A stretch of 64,000 bases of DNA from Parasitella parasitica NRRL 2501 (Eukaryota > Fungi > Mucoromycota). Below the pieces are notes generated by a model. The model was not told where the DNA came from. It ran no database searches and saw only the letters and a program-made list of their open reading frames with translations. Shown here piece by piece: positions 1 through 12,443 of this stretch. Each line of letters starts with the position of its first letter. Within the stretch, counting starts at the first letter, position 1. Where the stretch lies: the NCBI GenBank assembly GCA_025201805.1, contig MU619267.1, positions 62,001 to 126,000 of the forward strand, written 5' to 3'. A program made the position numbers and the translations under genes.

Positions 1-1063
1 TGAACTCAGGAGCATATTTCGGTGAGGAAACAGACAAAATCGTCCAATCCAGGAAGATGATACGAGATACATATGATAAGAAATTCATCAATTCATTAGA
101 TACACTTTCAATAGGTTTTTTATTCTATTAATCAAGATAAAATCCGTTATTTTAGATGAATAGGAAGGTTTATTCATTGAGAATTTGCATATTAGTAGCT
201 TGAATGCTCAGGCTATTTTTAAATATTTAGAAAAAAAATTAAAATCTTAATTTTAAGACATTTCATGCTTCAGACTGAAATGTTAAATTTAGAACATTGC
301 TGTTGTCCTCTTTCGATAGATTTAATCTATTTGTAAATCATCTGAGATATTCAATGTCCAACAATAAACAAAAATGAGCTTCAAGCGTACTTCTTCAAAT
401 GAACATTTCATCGAGTTGTTTTAAAATCCCATAAATTTAACAGAAGTTAGGACCAAACGTCTGTTAATTATGAAAATAAAAACTGTTTTTGTACATAACT
501 TTTGATAGATATACCGCTCAATGGAAATGAAGTGATGCCCAGATTGCCCTGATCGTGCTAGTATTAGCCTAATGTAAATACATTGATTTTACTGAGAAAC
601 CGTTATATGAAATATTCGTATTTTCATCGTTAGGATCCGGCCAAGTCCCTCTGTAGATTAATCAAACGAATGTCGCAGATACTAGCAGTAACAACGAACT
701 CATAGCAAGGAGTAAGATATCGCAAAGAATGTAGTAGTTCCTCATTCTGTGAAATATTTTATTGTAAATTTTTTATAGTACATCTGTTTAAACTTATTAA
801 CGCAATTGAGTTTGTTGTGCTGCAGTTAACCGATATAATTGTTTTTAAATTGATTCTAACTTCATTAAATTGAGAGGTTTACTTGCTTGTTACAAGCCAT
901 GATGTCCGTAATGTCCAAGCCACAAAACTATACATCCATGACAAGTACCTCCTTAGTATTAAGATTGACTTAGCATTCAAATCACCACGTAAAACAGTAG
1001 TATCGTATGAGGTTATTAGATTTGTTTTATTATACATAAACAAAGTATGCGAAATCAATGGAT

Positions 1064-1548
1064 TTAAGCAATGGTGACCTCAACCTCAACTCCAGGTTCG
1101 ATGGAAATGGAGGTGATTTGCTTAACGATCTCAGAGGGAGAGTGCAAGTCAATCAAACGCTTGTGGATTCTCATCTCAAAACGATCGAAGGTCTCGGAAC
1201 CGTTACCACAAGGAGACTTACGGGTGGTGATACGGAGAACCTTGGTGGGGAGGCGAACGGGACCCTTGACCTTAAGTTGCTTGTCCTTAGCACGTTGGAT
1301 AAGATCACTAGAAACCTTTTCAAGGTTCTTGACGTTACGAGAAGTCAAAGTGATACGGATACGATGGATCCTAACGAAATAATAGCAGATCAACATTTCG
1401 ATCTTTCGCCAAAATTGCATATTCAAACTAACTTGGCCTCAACTTGTTCCTCCAATCCAGGCTTGGCAGCAGACTTAGCCTATCAACAGAAAATATAAAT
1501 AACAAGCTCACTTATTTATCGAACTGGACATACAGCAATAGCAGACAT
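1064..1548 (-). CDS. RPS20: 40S ribosomal protein S20 (uS10), 3 exons (1548-1534, 1479-1433, 1370-1064)
   Basis: Spliced translation MSAIA|[16 protein letters not shown]|[19 protein letters not shown]...[41 protein letters not shown]...EVEVTIA; canonical GT-AG introns keep the frame. Confidence 0.97.
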
Positions 1549-1716
1549 TTTTAGTATAAATGAAAAAGAAAGATATATCAATGTGCCGTGTCAAAAGAAA
1601 AATTTTAACATCTCTTTACGATAGTCACTAAATTTGCTTGAGTTTTAATACCTACATCTTGTCAAACTTGGTTGTAACATTGAATTATCTTTTTCTACCT
1701 TCAATTGCATTTTGTT
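1549..1716. promoter_or_regulatory. Compact divergent promoter region shared by RPS20 and ERG12
   Basis: Only 168 bp separate the two divergent ATGs. Confidence 0.6.
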
Positions 1717-3049
1717 ATGACTGGAACTGAACAGAACGAACGTATACTTATTTCTGCACCTGGAAAAGTAATTTTATTCGGTGAACACTCGGTTGTTCAT
1801 CAAAAGGTAATAGCACATTGCTTCTACGCGAAAGCATAGATTAATTAATAATATAATAGACTGCAGTTGCCGCATCATTAGGGCTGAAATCCTACCTTTT
1901 TCTTGAGAAAAGAAAAGACGATTTGATCCAACTTGTTTTACCTGATGTCAATATTGAGAGAAACTGGAAATTAAGCGATATACCATTGAGATACGAATAT
2001 CCTGATTCAGGTACAAATATTGATCTGTGTTTACTAATGGGAAAACTCTTAATTTACTTATATTAGATACCCGTCATCCTAATGATATGCCCACGGAACT
2101 GAAGGCTCGTCTTGTTGAATTAGCAGGACCCACTACTAAAGACTCTCAGATCCAGGCGCTTATGGCGTTTTTATACCTCTTCGTTATCATGGAATCTAAA
2201 ACAGAAGAACCACTAATGCATGGTTTGACTGTTTGTGTGCGCTCCTTTCTCCCTGTGAGTGCTGGTTTGGGTAGCTCTGCTAGCTATTCCGTTGCTATAG
2301 CAACAGCTCTACTGTTGCTTAACAACAAAATTCCCGTCAATTTCAATTCCAGACCTGACAGAGAACTGTACCTGGAAAAGATCAACGCCTATGCATTTAA
2401 GGCAGAAGAGGTCATTCATGGCAATCCTAGTGGCGTCGATAATGCAATTGCTACATTTGGCGGAGCAAAGACTTTTATGCGAGGACAAGGTTTTGCTACT
2501 TTAGAAGGATTCAAGTCATTGCGTTTGCTTTTAACAAACACCAAGGTACCAAGATCCACAAGTGCATTGGTAGCTTGTGTCGGTGAGAAACGCAAAAAGT
2601 ACCCTGAAGTTATTGAGCCTATGCTTGACTCAATGCACGGCATAGCCATTCGTTGTCGTGATGCCTTCAAAAAATTACAAAATGAAGAGTTGGATACTGA
2701 GTCATTGATGGATGAGATTGAAGATTTGGTCACGTTAAACCATTGTTTGCTTGATGGTCTCGGCGTCAGTCATCCAAGCTTGGAAAAAGTCAGAGCAATA
2801 ACTGCTCAATCAGGCCTTAAAACAAAATTAACAGGAGCTGGTGGAGGAGGTTGTGCTGTAACGTTTATCCGTGATAATGTGAACCAAGAGCTAATTGACC
2901 AAGTCATGTTCAAGTTACAATCGGAAGGGTTTGATTGCTATCAAACATCTGTTGGTGGCGCTGGCGCAAGTGCAGTATTGCTAAACAAGGATGAAACTGA
3001 CAAATGGCTTCTTGAAGCTAGTCGTGATACATTAGAGCAATATTTTTAA
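1717..3049 (+). CDS. ERG12: Mevalonate kinase (GHMP family), spliced
   Basis: Exon 1 MTGTEQNERILISAPGKVILFGEHSVVH (GHMP motif I); LPVSAGLGSSAS ATP loop; HGNPSGVDN; KLTGAGGGGC. Confidence 0.95.
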
Positions 3050-3283
3050 CTTAATACTATCTAAAATAAAACAGTATAATTCTCGAACCATTTCATCGAA
3101 GCATAATGCGCTGGCAACATTAGAAGATATTAAATGGGGCAAACTATTACTTGTACGATATTTTTTTCAGCCTATCATATCGCCAATGGTACGCATTTTA
3201 TAAAAAAGGACACTAAAGACGAAAGATAGTTTATTTATTTCACTCTTTTTTTCTTTCCATTTATAAAACTCTCATCGAAGATA

Positions 3284-5911
3284 ATGGCAGATACGCTGAA
3301 AGATGTCCCTGAATTTTTCGAAACAGAGCTTGGAGAATCTATCATTGCTCGAACTGATGCTTTAGGTACGTTGTTTACATTTAGTTCAGGGACAATATAT
3401 TTAACCTCGACTATTTAGCCACATTTCGCGAGTTGGGACCTCCTGATTTGTGCCATATCATCAAAGTAAATGCTAAACCTGGTGTCAAAGAAGTACGTTT
3501 TAAATATGTTTTACATTTAGTTTGCATGGATTAACATCTGGTTATACTAGCTTGGGAGCTATCATTATATTTCGGGCGTAGATGCTTCCTCTTCAGCCTC
3601 ATTGGCAGCATATCTCAACTCCTTGACTTATTCCATGGTAAGGAAATTGATTTTTAACATCTTAACGTGCTTAGATTTTTTGTTAGGACGAGACTCAATC
3701 TTGGTTTACAAAGTCAAACTCTTGGCGAATTCGATCAGGAATTTATTGGTGAGTGCATTTTAAGATTCTCAGGGCGGTTGATTAAATTATAAATCACAGC
3801 TGCTACAATGCTTTTTCTCGAGTGGATGTCAGAGTCGAAGTAAAAATTCCTGGTGGAGTAGAAAGCTATTATGTGGATGTTCGTGGAGAAAGGTAAAAAT
3901 ATAGTATCTGGCAAAACCCATAGCTCAACAATGCTTTATAGGCACGAAGCTACGGCTGATATCTGGCAAGAAGCTTATTTGAGCGCTATACTAAGAGCTA
4001 TTTTGTATTCGGATGATAGTTATTATCGCTTAGCAGGATATAGAAAGGTTGATCCAATTACGAATTTGGCAACTGAAACTAGATTTTTGGAAGCTGTCGA
4101 AGCACTATTTTGGAAGGGTTGGCAACTAGGCAGTAAACCTGAGGTTCAGGTAGCAACATCAGTTCACAACCATCTTGCAGACGGCATCATGAAATATTTC
4201 AACGATAGCTTTAGATATGAACCTGCCATTGAGTTGTTCAGCAAACTACACAAACAAGATCCGGATGTGGGTTCTTTATTAGCTAAAGCTTATATTGGCC
4301 GAAATGAAGAAATTCAGGCAGTAAAAATTCTGTACGAAGATTTGAAGCTCTCCTCAATGAGCTTTCCATTGCTACACACTCAAATCGACTTTTTAAGATC
4401 CAAGGTATATAAACGATTGCATAGGTACCAATAATGTTCACTCTAATCGAATAATTGTAACTTAAGGGAGAGTATGACTTAGCGCTGAAATTAGCCAAAT
4501 ATGCCGTTGATACAACTCCTTCTGAATATCTAACTTGGGCTAAACTCACAGAAGGTAAACGGGTTATGGTATGAGACACAACAATATACTGACACGTTCT
4601 CTTAAGTCTATGTTGATCTCAAAGATTACAAAAATGCAAGTAAATGAGAATAGTAAATTATTCCTTGTAAGCTAAAACGAACCATGCTGCATGTAGGCAC
4701 TTTTGTCGTTGAATTCTTGTCCGATGTTTACATACAGTGAACGTGATATGCATCGCATGCCTTCACCCTCAAGGACCCATCTACCAATCAAACCTGACAT
4801 AGTCAGCTCTGGAATAATGGAAGAAGATGCAGCAGGTCGGGAATCAGAGGTTAGCAAGAGATCCTAAACTTTTGTTGCCATTCAATCTCATTTTTCGAAT
4901 TATATAGACTGATTCAGCACTTTCAAGGCTTCCAGCACCTGCTTTACACGGCACCTTTGCAAAGGCTTATTCACTGTTGACTAGATTGGCAAACGCATTA
5001 ACTTGGGACGAGCTATTACGGTGTAGATCCGAAGTTTTTGTTATGGAAGAGGAATATCGCAAACACAAAGCAAAAGAAGATCATCGCAAGAGCACTGTAT
5101 TACAATCAAACGATGAACTAAACAAGTTAAATCAAAAGCTAGAGGATACGACACTCGAAGAACCCAAGTCTGGATCAGGCAAACCTGCTGGTATCGAAAA
5201 ACCCAAACACGTCGCAGACGAGAGTGGCGAAATAGAGCAGCAATCAGAAGTGAATATCTCATTTGGCAATAAGAGACTTTGTGAGCGATGGCTTGACAAC
5301 CTTTTTATGGTTCTATATGAAGATTTAAGGGTTTATACGTTTTGGAGAGCTGAGGATGCTCATTATCGTGCTCAAAAGACAGCTTACAGAAAAACTGGTA
5401 CAGAATGGGAGCTTTTAGGTGATCTCGCATTAAGGTTATGGCATGAGGTTTGTTATATTATCTGTAATCTGCGGTATGTGCTGAATCGACATTCGTGTAT
5501 ATAATCTTAGAATGAAGCAAAAATTGCCCTTGAAATGTGCTTAGATCATAAATTCTCTGCTAAGGCCTGGATGAAACTATTGCAGATATATGTCAAAGAA
5601 GGAAATACACAAAAAGCCTTGTTGGCTGCAGTCAAACTAACTGTGTATCATGAAAGATGGTATCATGAAATAATGGTAAGTGCATGTGATTACTCAAATG
5701 TCGAAAATGATCATTTTCCTCACTTCAAAAATCTGGTTTACAGTACCCCACAGAAATTTCATGCAATTTAAATATCTTAATACGAAAGGTTGGTTTATCG
5801 AAAATGCAAAATATCCTGACTTCAATGAATTTGCCCAAGCCAGTTCAGAAGTTAATGACTCGATACTTTGATTATGGCGAATTATTTAAAGTTGAAGGCT
5901 ATGAAATGTAA
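3284..5911 (+). CDS. ChAPs family exomer cargo adaptor (Bch1/Bud7/Chs6-like), multi-exon
   Basis: MADTLKDVPEFFETELGESIIART; FRELGPPDL; YHYISGVDASSSASLAAYLNSL; ALLSLNSCPMF; KRLCERWLDNLFMVLYEDLR; EWELLGDLALRL are characteristic ChAPs motifs. Confidence 0.92.
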
Positions 5912-6267
5912 CCACCAAGATACTAGTACAAACATTTTATAAAGATAAACCTCAACATTTTTTTGAGAGAAAAAATACAAGAATATGTAGAATTTGTTGC
6001 TCTATATAATAATATGACTTTTTATTTCATAAATTATTTGCGCATAAACACCTTGTGTGCCTCAACAACAATTTGTGATGCTTTCAAAAAGTAACAGAGT
6101 AAACAAGACAGTTCATAGACGAGAGACTCTTCAAGCCTCGTCGTATCACATGCGGATCCCCTGCCCCCAAATTTTTTATAAATGCAGGCAGTCAACAGAA
6201 TGAGGGAGAGCTTTTAAATTTGTTTGCACTGTATAAAATACTTTATAGAAAGAGTACGGTATAATAA

Positions 6268-6900
6268 ATGAATAGTAACCATCAAGGCGGTTTCAGTCGA
6301 TATCCACTACCATCAAGAGAGTTGGTCGAATCAAAAAAAAAGAACAATGAACTTGTGTCTTTATCTCTTCTCTGCAAGGCAGTAACCCAGGAAGCAAAAC
6401 ATAACAAGAACTATGCAAACGCTGAATGGCTATTTAATGACATTATACTTGAATATTGCGCTCGTGAAAAAAAAGAAAATGGCAAATATTTCAATGTTAC
6501 TGATGAAAGATTTTTTGCAACGTCTATTACGACAATGGTTCGATATGCGAGCACGCCCGCAAAGGCAATGAACTATGCAACAATGTTCTTTAAAATGTAC
6601 AACGCTCGTATTAGGACACCTTCGAGAGAGATTATCATCTTGACAAATTTAATTTTTGCCCATACAAATCACCCCAGTCAGGAAAACATGGAGATAGCAT
6701 TAAGTTTGTTAAAACTTGCATTACAAATTGGCGTTTATACCGTTGATTTATCTTGCTACCCAGACCACAGAGAAGATAATCAGCATTTTGCCGACCCAGT
6801 GGAAGTGTTTACGACTGTTACGAAAAAAGTGCTACAGTATTTCAAACTAGCACTGTCATCTGACAAAACAGTGCTTATCCCCTTTGTGCGCCATTCTTAA
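6268..6900 (+). CDS. Hypothetical protein, 210 aa, intronless, probably alpha-helical
   Basis: Clean 633-bp ORF in AT-rich DNA, TATAAAA at ~6233 and an AAA-ATG context; no family recognised. Confidence 0.65.
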   Translation: MNSNHQGGFSRYPLPSRELVESKKKNNELVSLSLLCKAVTQEAKHNKNYANAEWLFNDIILEYCAREKKENGKYFNVTDERFFATSITTMVRYASTPAKAMNYATMFFKMYNARIRTPSREIIILTNLIFAHTNHPSQENMEIALSLLKLALQIGVYTVDLSCYPDHREDNQHFADPVEVFTTVTKKVLQYFKLALSSDKTVLIPFVRHS

Positions 6901-7416
6901 ATTCTGCTTAATCGAGTTTTTAGCCACCATAGTACACATAATTTGCTTGTTATCCTCAAGAAACGTTGTCTATAACGAAAGCCCATATCATAGCATTTTT
7001 TCCAATTGTGATTTTATCAGCAAAACGTTTTTCTAATAAAATCAGATGTTTCTTTCAAGCACCTCATTTGGTGGTGAGCATTAAAAATATGCGAGAAAAC
7101 GGTAGACCTGCTCGTTATAACCATAGACGAATTCATGACCTACAGAATTTATAATTATGTTATATAATTTTGCTATATCATACTATTTGTTTTTGAAAAG
7201 ACTGTCGAACACTGTGGCAGAGAGATGTAAATACAGCCAGACCTACGACGAGATCATCAACAAGTCCTTTGACGTCCTGACATTTTCCCCCGTAAGGCAA
7301 AATCAGATATTTCCAGGCTATCTGAATTTGAAGCAACTGTGGGAAAGTTGAGAAAAATTTCTTCTGCGTTGCACACGTCTTTTCTTTTCTTCCTCATTTT
7401 TATTGATTTATACAGC

Positions 7417-9039
7417 ATGTCTACTGAACTAAAGCACATCTTTGACAAATACAACCACAAGCCAAAGTAAGTATTTTCCCCCTCACTGTGAGAAGCAAAT
7501 CTAATACTTCAGTGCGTTCCACAGCTCTGCCCCTTCTCCCAAGATTTCCGACACTATTTTGGACAACATTGGTCGTACTCCTCTTGTTCGTGTCAACAAA
7601 ATCGCCAAGTCCGAGGGCTTGAAGTGTGAGCTTTGTAAGTATCTAGCAGAAGGAGAACGGTAGCACGGAAAGAGTCCTAAAAAAAAAATTTTTTTTTTTT
7701 TTTTGTAGTGGCCAAATGTGAATTCTTTAATGCAGGTGGTTCCGTAAAGGACCGTATTGCTGCTCGTATGATCGATGAGGCTGAGAAGGCTGGAACGATT
7801 ACTCCTGGCAAGAGTACAATCATTGAGCCTACCTCTGGTAATACTGGTATTGGCTTGGCTCTTGCTGCTGCTGTCAAGGGCTACCGTGTCATTATCACCT
7901 TGCCCGAAAAGATGTCCCAGGAAAAGGTTGATGTTTTGAAGGCTCTTGGTGCTGAGATCATTCGTACTCCCACCGAAGCTGCTTGGGATGCTCCTGAATC
8001 TCACATTGGTGTTGCTCGTAAATTGAGAGATGAAATCCCTCATGCTGTCATTTTGGATCAATACGGTAATCCTTATAACCCTGTTGCTCATTATGACACC
8101 ACAGCCGAAGAAATTCTGGAGCAATGTGATGGTAAGATTGATATGTTGGTTGCTGGTGCTGGCACTGGAGGCACCATTTCTGGCATTGCTCAAAAGCTCA
8201 AAGAGAAATGTCCCAACATCAAAATTGTTGGCGTCGATCCCGTTGGTTCCATCTTGGCACTGCCTGAATCCCTCAATACTGAAAGTGGCTCTTATCAGGT
8301 TGAAGGTATCGGTTATGATTTCATCCCCGATGTCCTGAAGCGTGATCTGGTTGATAAATGGGTCAAGTCTGAAGATAAGCCTTCTTTCTTGATGTCTCGC
8401 CGCTTGATCCGTGAGGAGGGTATCCTCTGTGGTGGTTCTTCAGGTACTGCCATGTATGCTGCTGTTCAAGCTGCCAAGGAACTCAAAGAAGGCCAACGTT
8501 GTGTTGTCATTTTGCCTGATTCTGTCCGCAATTATATGACCAAGTTTTTGAATGACGATTGGATGAGAGAGCGTGGATTCACTGACGAAAAGTTTGAAAG
8601 CGAAAGCTTTGAAAATAAGGCCAAGAAGGATTATGCTGGCGCTACTGTTCATGACTTGAAGCTGGCCGCTGCTGTCACCATTGATGGTGAAACTACATGC
8701 CAGGAAGCCATTGATTTAATGCAAAAGAATGGCTTTGACCAACTGCCAGTTACTGCTGGTCCTCATCATCGACTCAGAGGCCTTGTTACTAATGGTAACA
8801 TCTTATCTCGCATGACTTCTGGTCGTGCAAAGGCTGATACTCCCGTTTCTGATGTCATGTTCCATTTTACTAAGGGCTCTGCCAAGTTCCAAGAAATCAC
8901 CGAGAACACTCCCTTGGATAAATTAACTCGTTTCTTTGAAACTAATTCCAGTGCTTTGGTTACTGATGGACAAAAGGTCAAGCATGTTGTTACAAAGGTT
9001 GACTTGCTTTCATACTTGGTTAAGAATGTCAAGGCTTAA
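7417..9039 (+). CDS. CYS4: Cystathionine beta-synthase with C-terminal CBS domains, 3 exons
   Basis: [10 protein letters not shown]; [16 protein letters not shown] (PLP lysine); EPTSGNTG; GTGGT; [10 protein letters not shown]; [17 protein letters not shown]; CBS pair (FDQLPV...VVTKVDLL). Confidence 0.97.
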
Positions 9040-10537
9040 ATATTTTTTAACGAGAAATAATATATTTAGACTACTACATGCTTTCGCTCACACAAACATC
9101 ATATTTTTTCATATATCACCACAATAAAGAAAAACTGCAACTACAGAATATCTCTGCGCAGAATATACATATGATATATCTAGACCCTTGAGCTAAATAA
9201 AATGCTCGGGCCCTTCTGATAATTCATTACATTCTCAAAGGAACCTTGGGTTTTGATTCAAATTTAATTATGGATAATGATGGTTATTTTTTCCCATACA
9301 GGAGAAATATTGAATATTACTGCTGCCTGTTGTATAGTTATATTAAATCTTCTTGGTTATACCGGTTTGCTAATTCTAATACTCGGTTGGCAATAAATTT
9401 ATTGTAATATATTTTCATTTATTTCCTATGTTGATCATTACCGGAGCAGCTTCCTTGAGGTCTTCTTGGGCTATTTTTAATTAGATGATCTTGACTTATA
9501 CAGTCAAGATATTTCGACTACATTAGTCTCCTATTTTTAGAGCACAATTTGATAATGTTTATTATAATCATATTATGATATTCATACAACGTAAATATAC
9601 ACCATAGTTTATGTTACGGAATTTGCGGAATCTTCATGCAATAGCTTTATTTGGCTTCAAGGCCGGTATTTTCTCTCCTTGATTTCTTGATTTGTGTTTA
9701 CCCACAAGGCTTTGAAGAGAAAATAGAAAATTGGAGTCATTCTGTTTTGGATGGGCTCAGCAACTATATATTTCTATATTGCAAAAGAAAACCGAGATTA
9801 ACGCATAGGGCAAGTTGGTACAGTATTCCTCGATTTGATATGAAAAAATACCACATGTGAAGCTTTGTTGCCATATTCAGGACCCTATTTTCTGAGAACT
9901 TCTTTTTTGCTCTCTTGTCTGTTATGGGGTTTGCTGTGAACAGAATCTGGCACACTCAGCTTGTTATGTAGAAGAACAGACAATATCGAACCAAGCTGAA
10001 AGGCCAAGAGCGACATATTTTATGCTCCAAGCAATTGTATTGCTTTGTATATCCGTAACAGTTGCCACTGCAGATAATAAGGATGAATACCAGAAAACAA
10101 CGATAAACCAAGACGTAATAATCTTAGCCAAAGGGTGCACGGTTTAATTTACGGTTTGGGAATCTAGATGGTGCACAAAACGATGTATATTGCAACTTGC
10201 CTTTTTAGCTGTTTTGATTTGAAACTCATGAAGTTGTCGCACTCCTTAATGCCATAAGACCTTCAAAGTAGTAAAGGCATGAAATGATTGCTGCACTGTA
10301 TATATTCTATTGTAAACGTTGTATTCATAATGATGTACCTTTTTTTTTTTATGAAAAAACGAGGTATTTCTGGATCTCCTTGTTTCAACATGAATATTTG
10401 CCACTGCAACTCCCTACTGTTGCAACAGTCAATTAACTTTATTTGCTCTTGTCGACTATAAATATTTAATTAACAGGTCTGGTTAACACTTTTTCTTCCT
10501 TTCTTTATTTTACACAGCATCACTCTCACTTATACTT

Positions 10538-12443
10538 ATGGATCAACAGCGCCCTTCTCCGTTGTCTACGAATGTTTCTGTGGCCCGTACTTCATCCTTG
10601 AACAACATATTCTCAAGCACAAAGCGCAGAGCAAGATCGAAAACAGTAACGGAAGCAAACTCAACTACAATCACATCAGCATCCTGTCCGAGTAATGCAG
10701 CAGCAACCATCACACCTAAAAAGCCTCTATCTCGACAAAGATCGATTTCTGAGCTTGTTAGCAGGGTCAAACTATCTCTGCGATCAAACAGTACTGGCGG
10801 CAGTTCGTCATCGCCAATGTCTAAGAGACGACAACAGCAGCAACAGCAACAAAAACAACAACTACAACAACAGCAGCAGCAGCAACATCCGATGATTGTT
10901 TCCTATTCGTCAAAGGCAGATGATTACGATGTATTAAGGACAATCGGCGCGGGTGCAACTGCCTCTGTATACTCTGCTATTTACAAGCCAAATCAATCTG
11001 TGATAGCTATTAAAACGGTCAATTTAGAAGATATCGGTCTGGATGACTCAAGATTAGATGCACTGCGCAAAGAGATTCAGATCATGACATTGTGTAGACA
11101 TCAACATTTGCTTGAAGTCTATCAAAGCTTTGTTCATTCTTCTCAGCTATACATAGTTACCCCGATCATGTCAGCGGGTAAGTTGGTACCACTCAATAAA
11201 AACTCTATTTATAGACATAGGTAATTGACACAATTTACAGGCTCTTGTCATGATCTACTGTCTAGATGCCATAAGCTTGGTTTCGAAGAGAGCATCGTCG
11301 CCTGCATCATAAAGCAAGTTTCTCAAGGGTTAGAGTATCTGCATGATAATGAGCTGGTTCATCGTGACATCAAATCTGCCAATATGCTGCTGGATTTTGA
11401 TACTGGTATTGTCAAACTGGCTGATTTTGGCGTCAGCAATCATTTGCTTACCAACTTGGCCGAGATGCCTAAAAACACAAACTATTTCCGTAAAAACTCG
11501 GCCATGCGAGATAATGAATCAACCATTGAATCGCTAACTGAGTCGTACATCTCATTAATGCCTGCTGATAACTTTCCTCATCACAAAATGTCTACTTTGT
11601 TGCAGCCCCCTAGTGGACCTAAAAAGGCCCGCAGGTCTTTCGTCGGCACACCTTGCTGGATGGCCCCAGAAATTTTGCTGAACCAAGATTATGACACCAA
11701 AGTTGATCTTTGGTCTCTTGGAATAACTTCAATTGAACTGGCATGTGGCAAGCCTCCTTTTGCAGAATACGATCCAATGACTGTAAGCCGAGTGCATCTT
11801 GCAACACTACATTATAATTAACGCACACTTGTAGATATTTTCCATGATCATTGATGACCCTGCGCCAACCCTATACAGTAATAATGTCCGCTATACGCCA
11901 TCGCATTCAATTCAAGATTTCATTGAAAAGTGTCTAGACAAAAACCCATCTAGTCGTCTATCAGTTACTGATGCTTTAAATCATCCATTTTTGAAAAAGG
12001 CTGCTGGTCCTCATCTTTTGCAGAAATACCTCGCCCGCCGTCCTGAGCTCAATAAACAATCTTACCTCATGAGTCGATCTACCGCAGCAAAGAAGAATCA
12101 TCATCCCGGCGATGACGACGACGAATACGACAACGACTCTTGGGATGAATTAAGCTTAATTGAAACGACATGGAATTTCAACGAAAATATTCCCAATGGG
12201 AACGGCAGCAATGATTCATCTGACACTATCGCTGCAACCAAACTGCCACTTTTGCACACAAAATATCTGAATAGAAGTCGCAGAACCAGCTCAAACTACA
12301 CTTCGCCCATCACACCCAGTGACCATGAACAGCAAATTGATGCATCTCTCGATACAAAGGTGCCTATCGACTACTATTTTAAAAAAAGGAATCCAGAGCA
12401 TCTCAAACAAGAATTCTTGATAACCAAAGAGTATTATTATTAA
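10538..12443 (+). CDS. STE20-family Ser/Thr kinase of OSR1/SPAK (Fray)-like type, 3 exons
   Basis: GAGATASV glycine loop, AIK, KEIQIM, HRDIKSAN, DFG, FVGTPCWMAPE, DLWSLGITSIELA; poly-Q N-terminus; ~55-aa insert in the activation segment. Confidence 0.9.

Noticed and set aside
1058-1498. 146-aa + strand ORF over RPS20
   Set aside because: Antisense shadow of a codon-biased, highly expressed gene.
7417-7560. Heme-binding N-terminus in CBS
   Set aside because: No Cys ligand in the N-terminal extension; consistent with non-heme fungal CBS.
7501-8193. 230-aa minus-strand ORF over CYS4, and similar antisense ORFs over NVJ2, SNF2 and others
   Set aside because: Shadow ORFs opposite confident genes; they run through introns and homopolymers.
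9650-10140. Possible membrane-protein relic on the minus strand (HPLAKIITSWFIVVFWY...)
   Set aside because: Short, no start or splice structure, no recognisable family.
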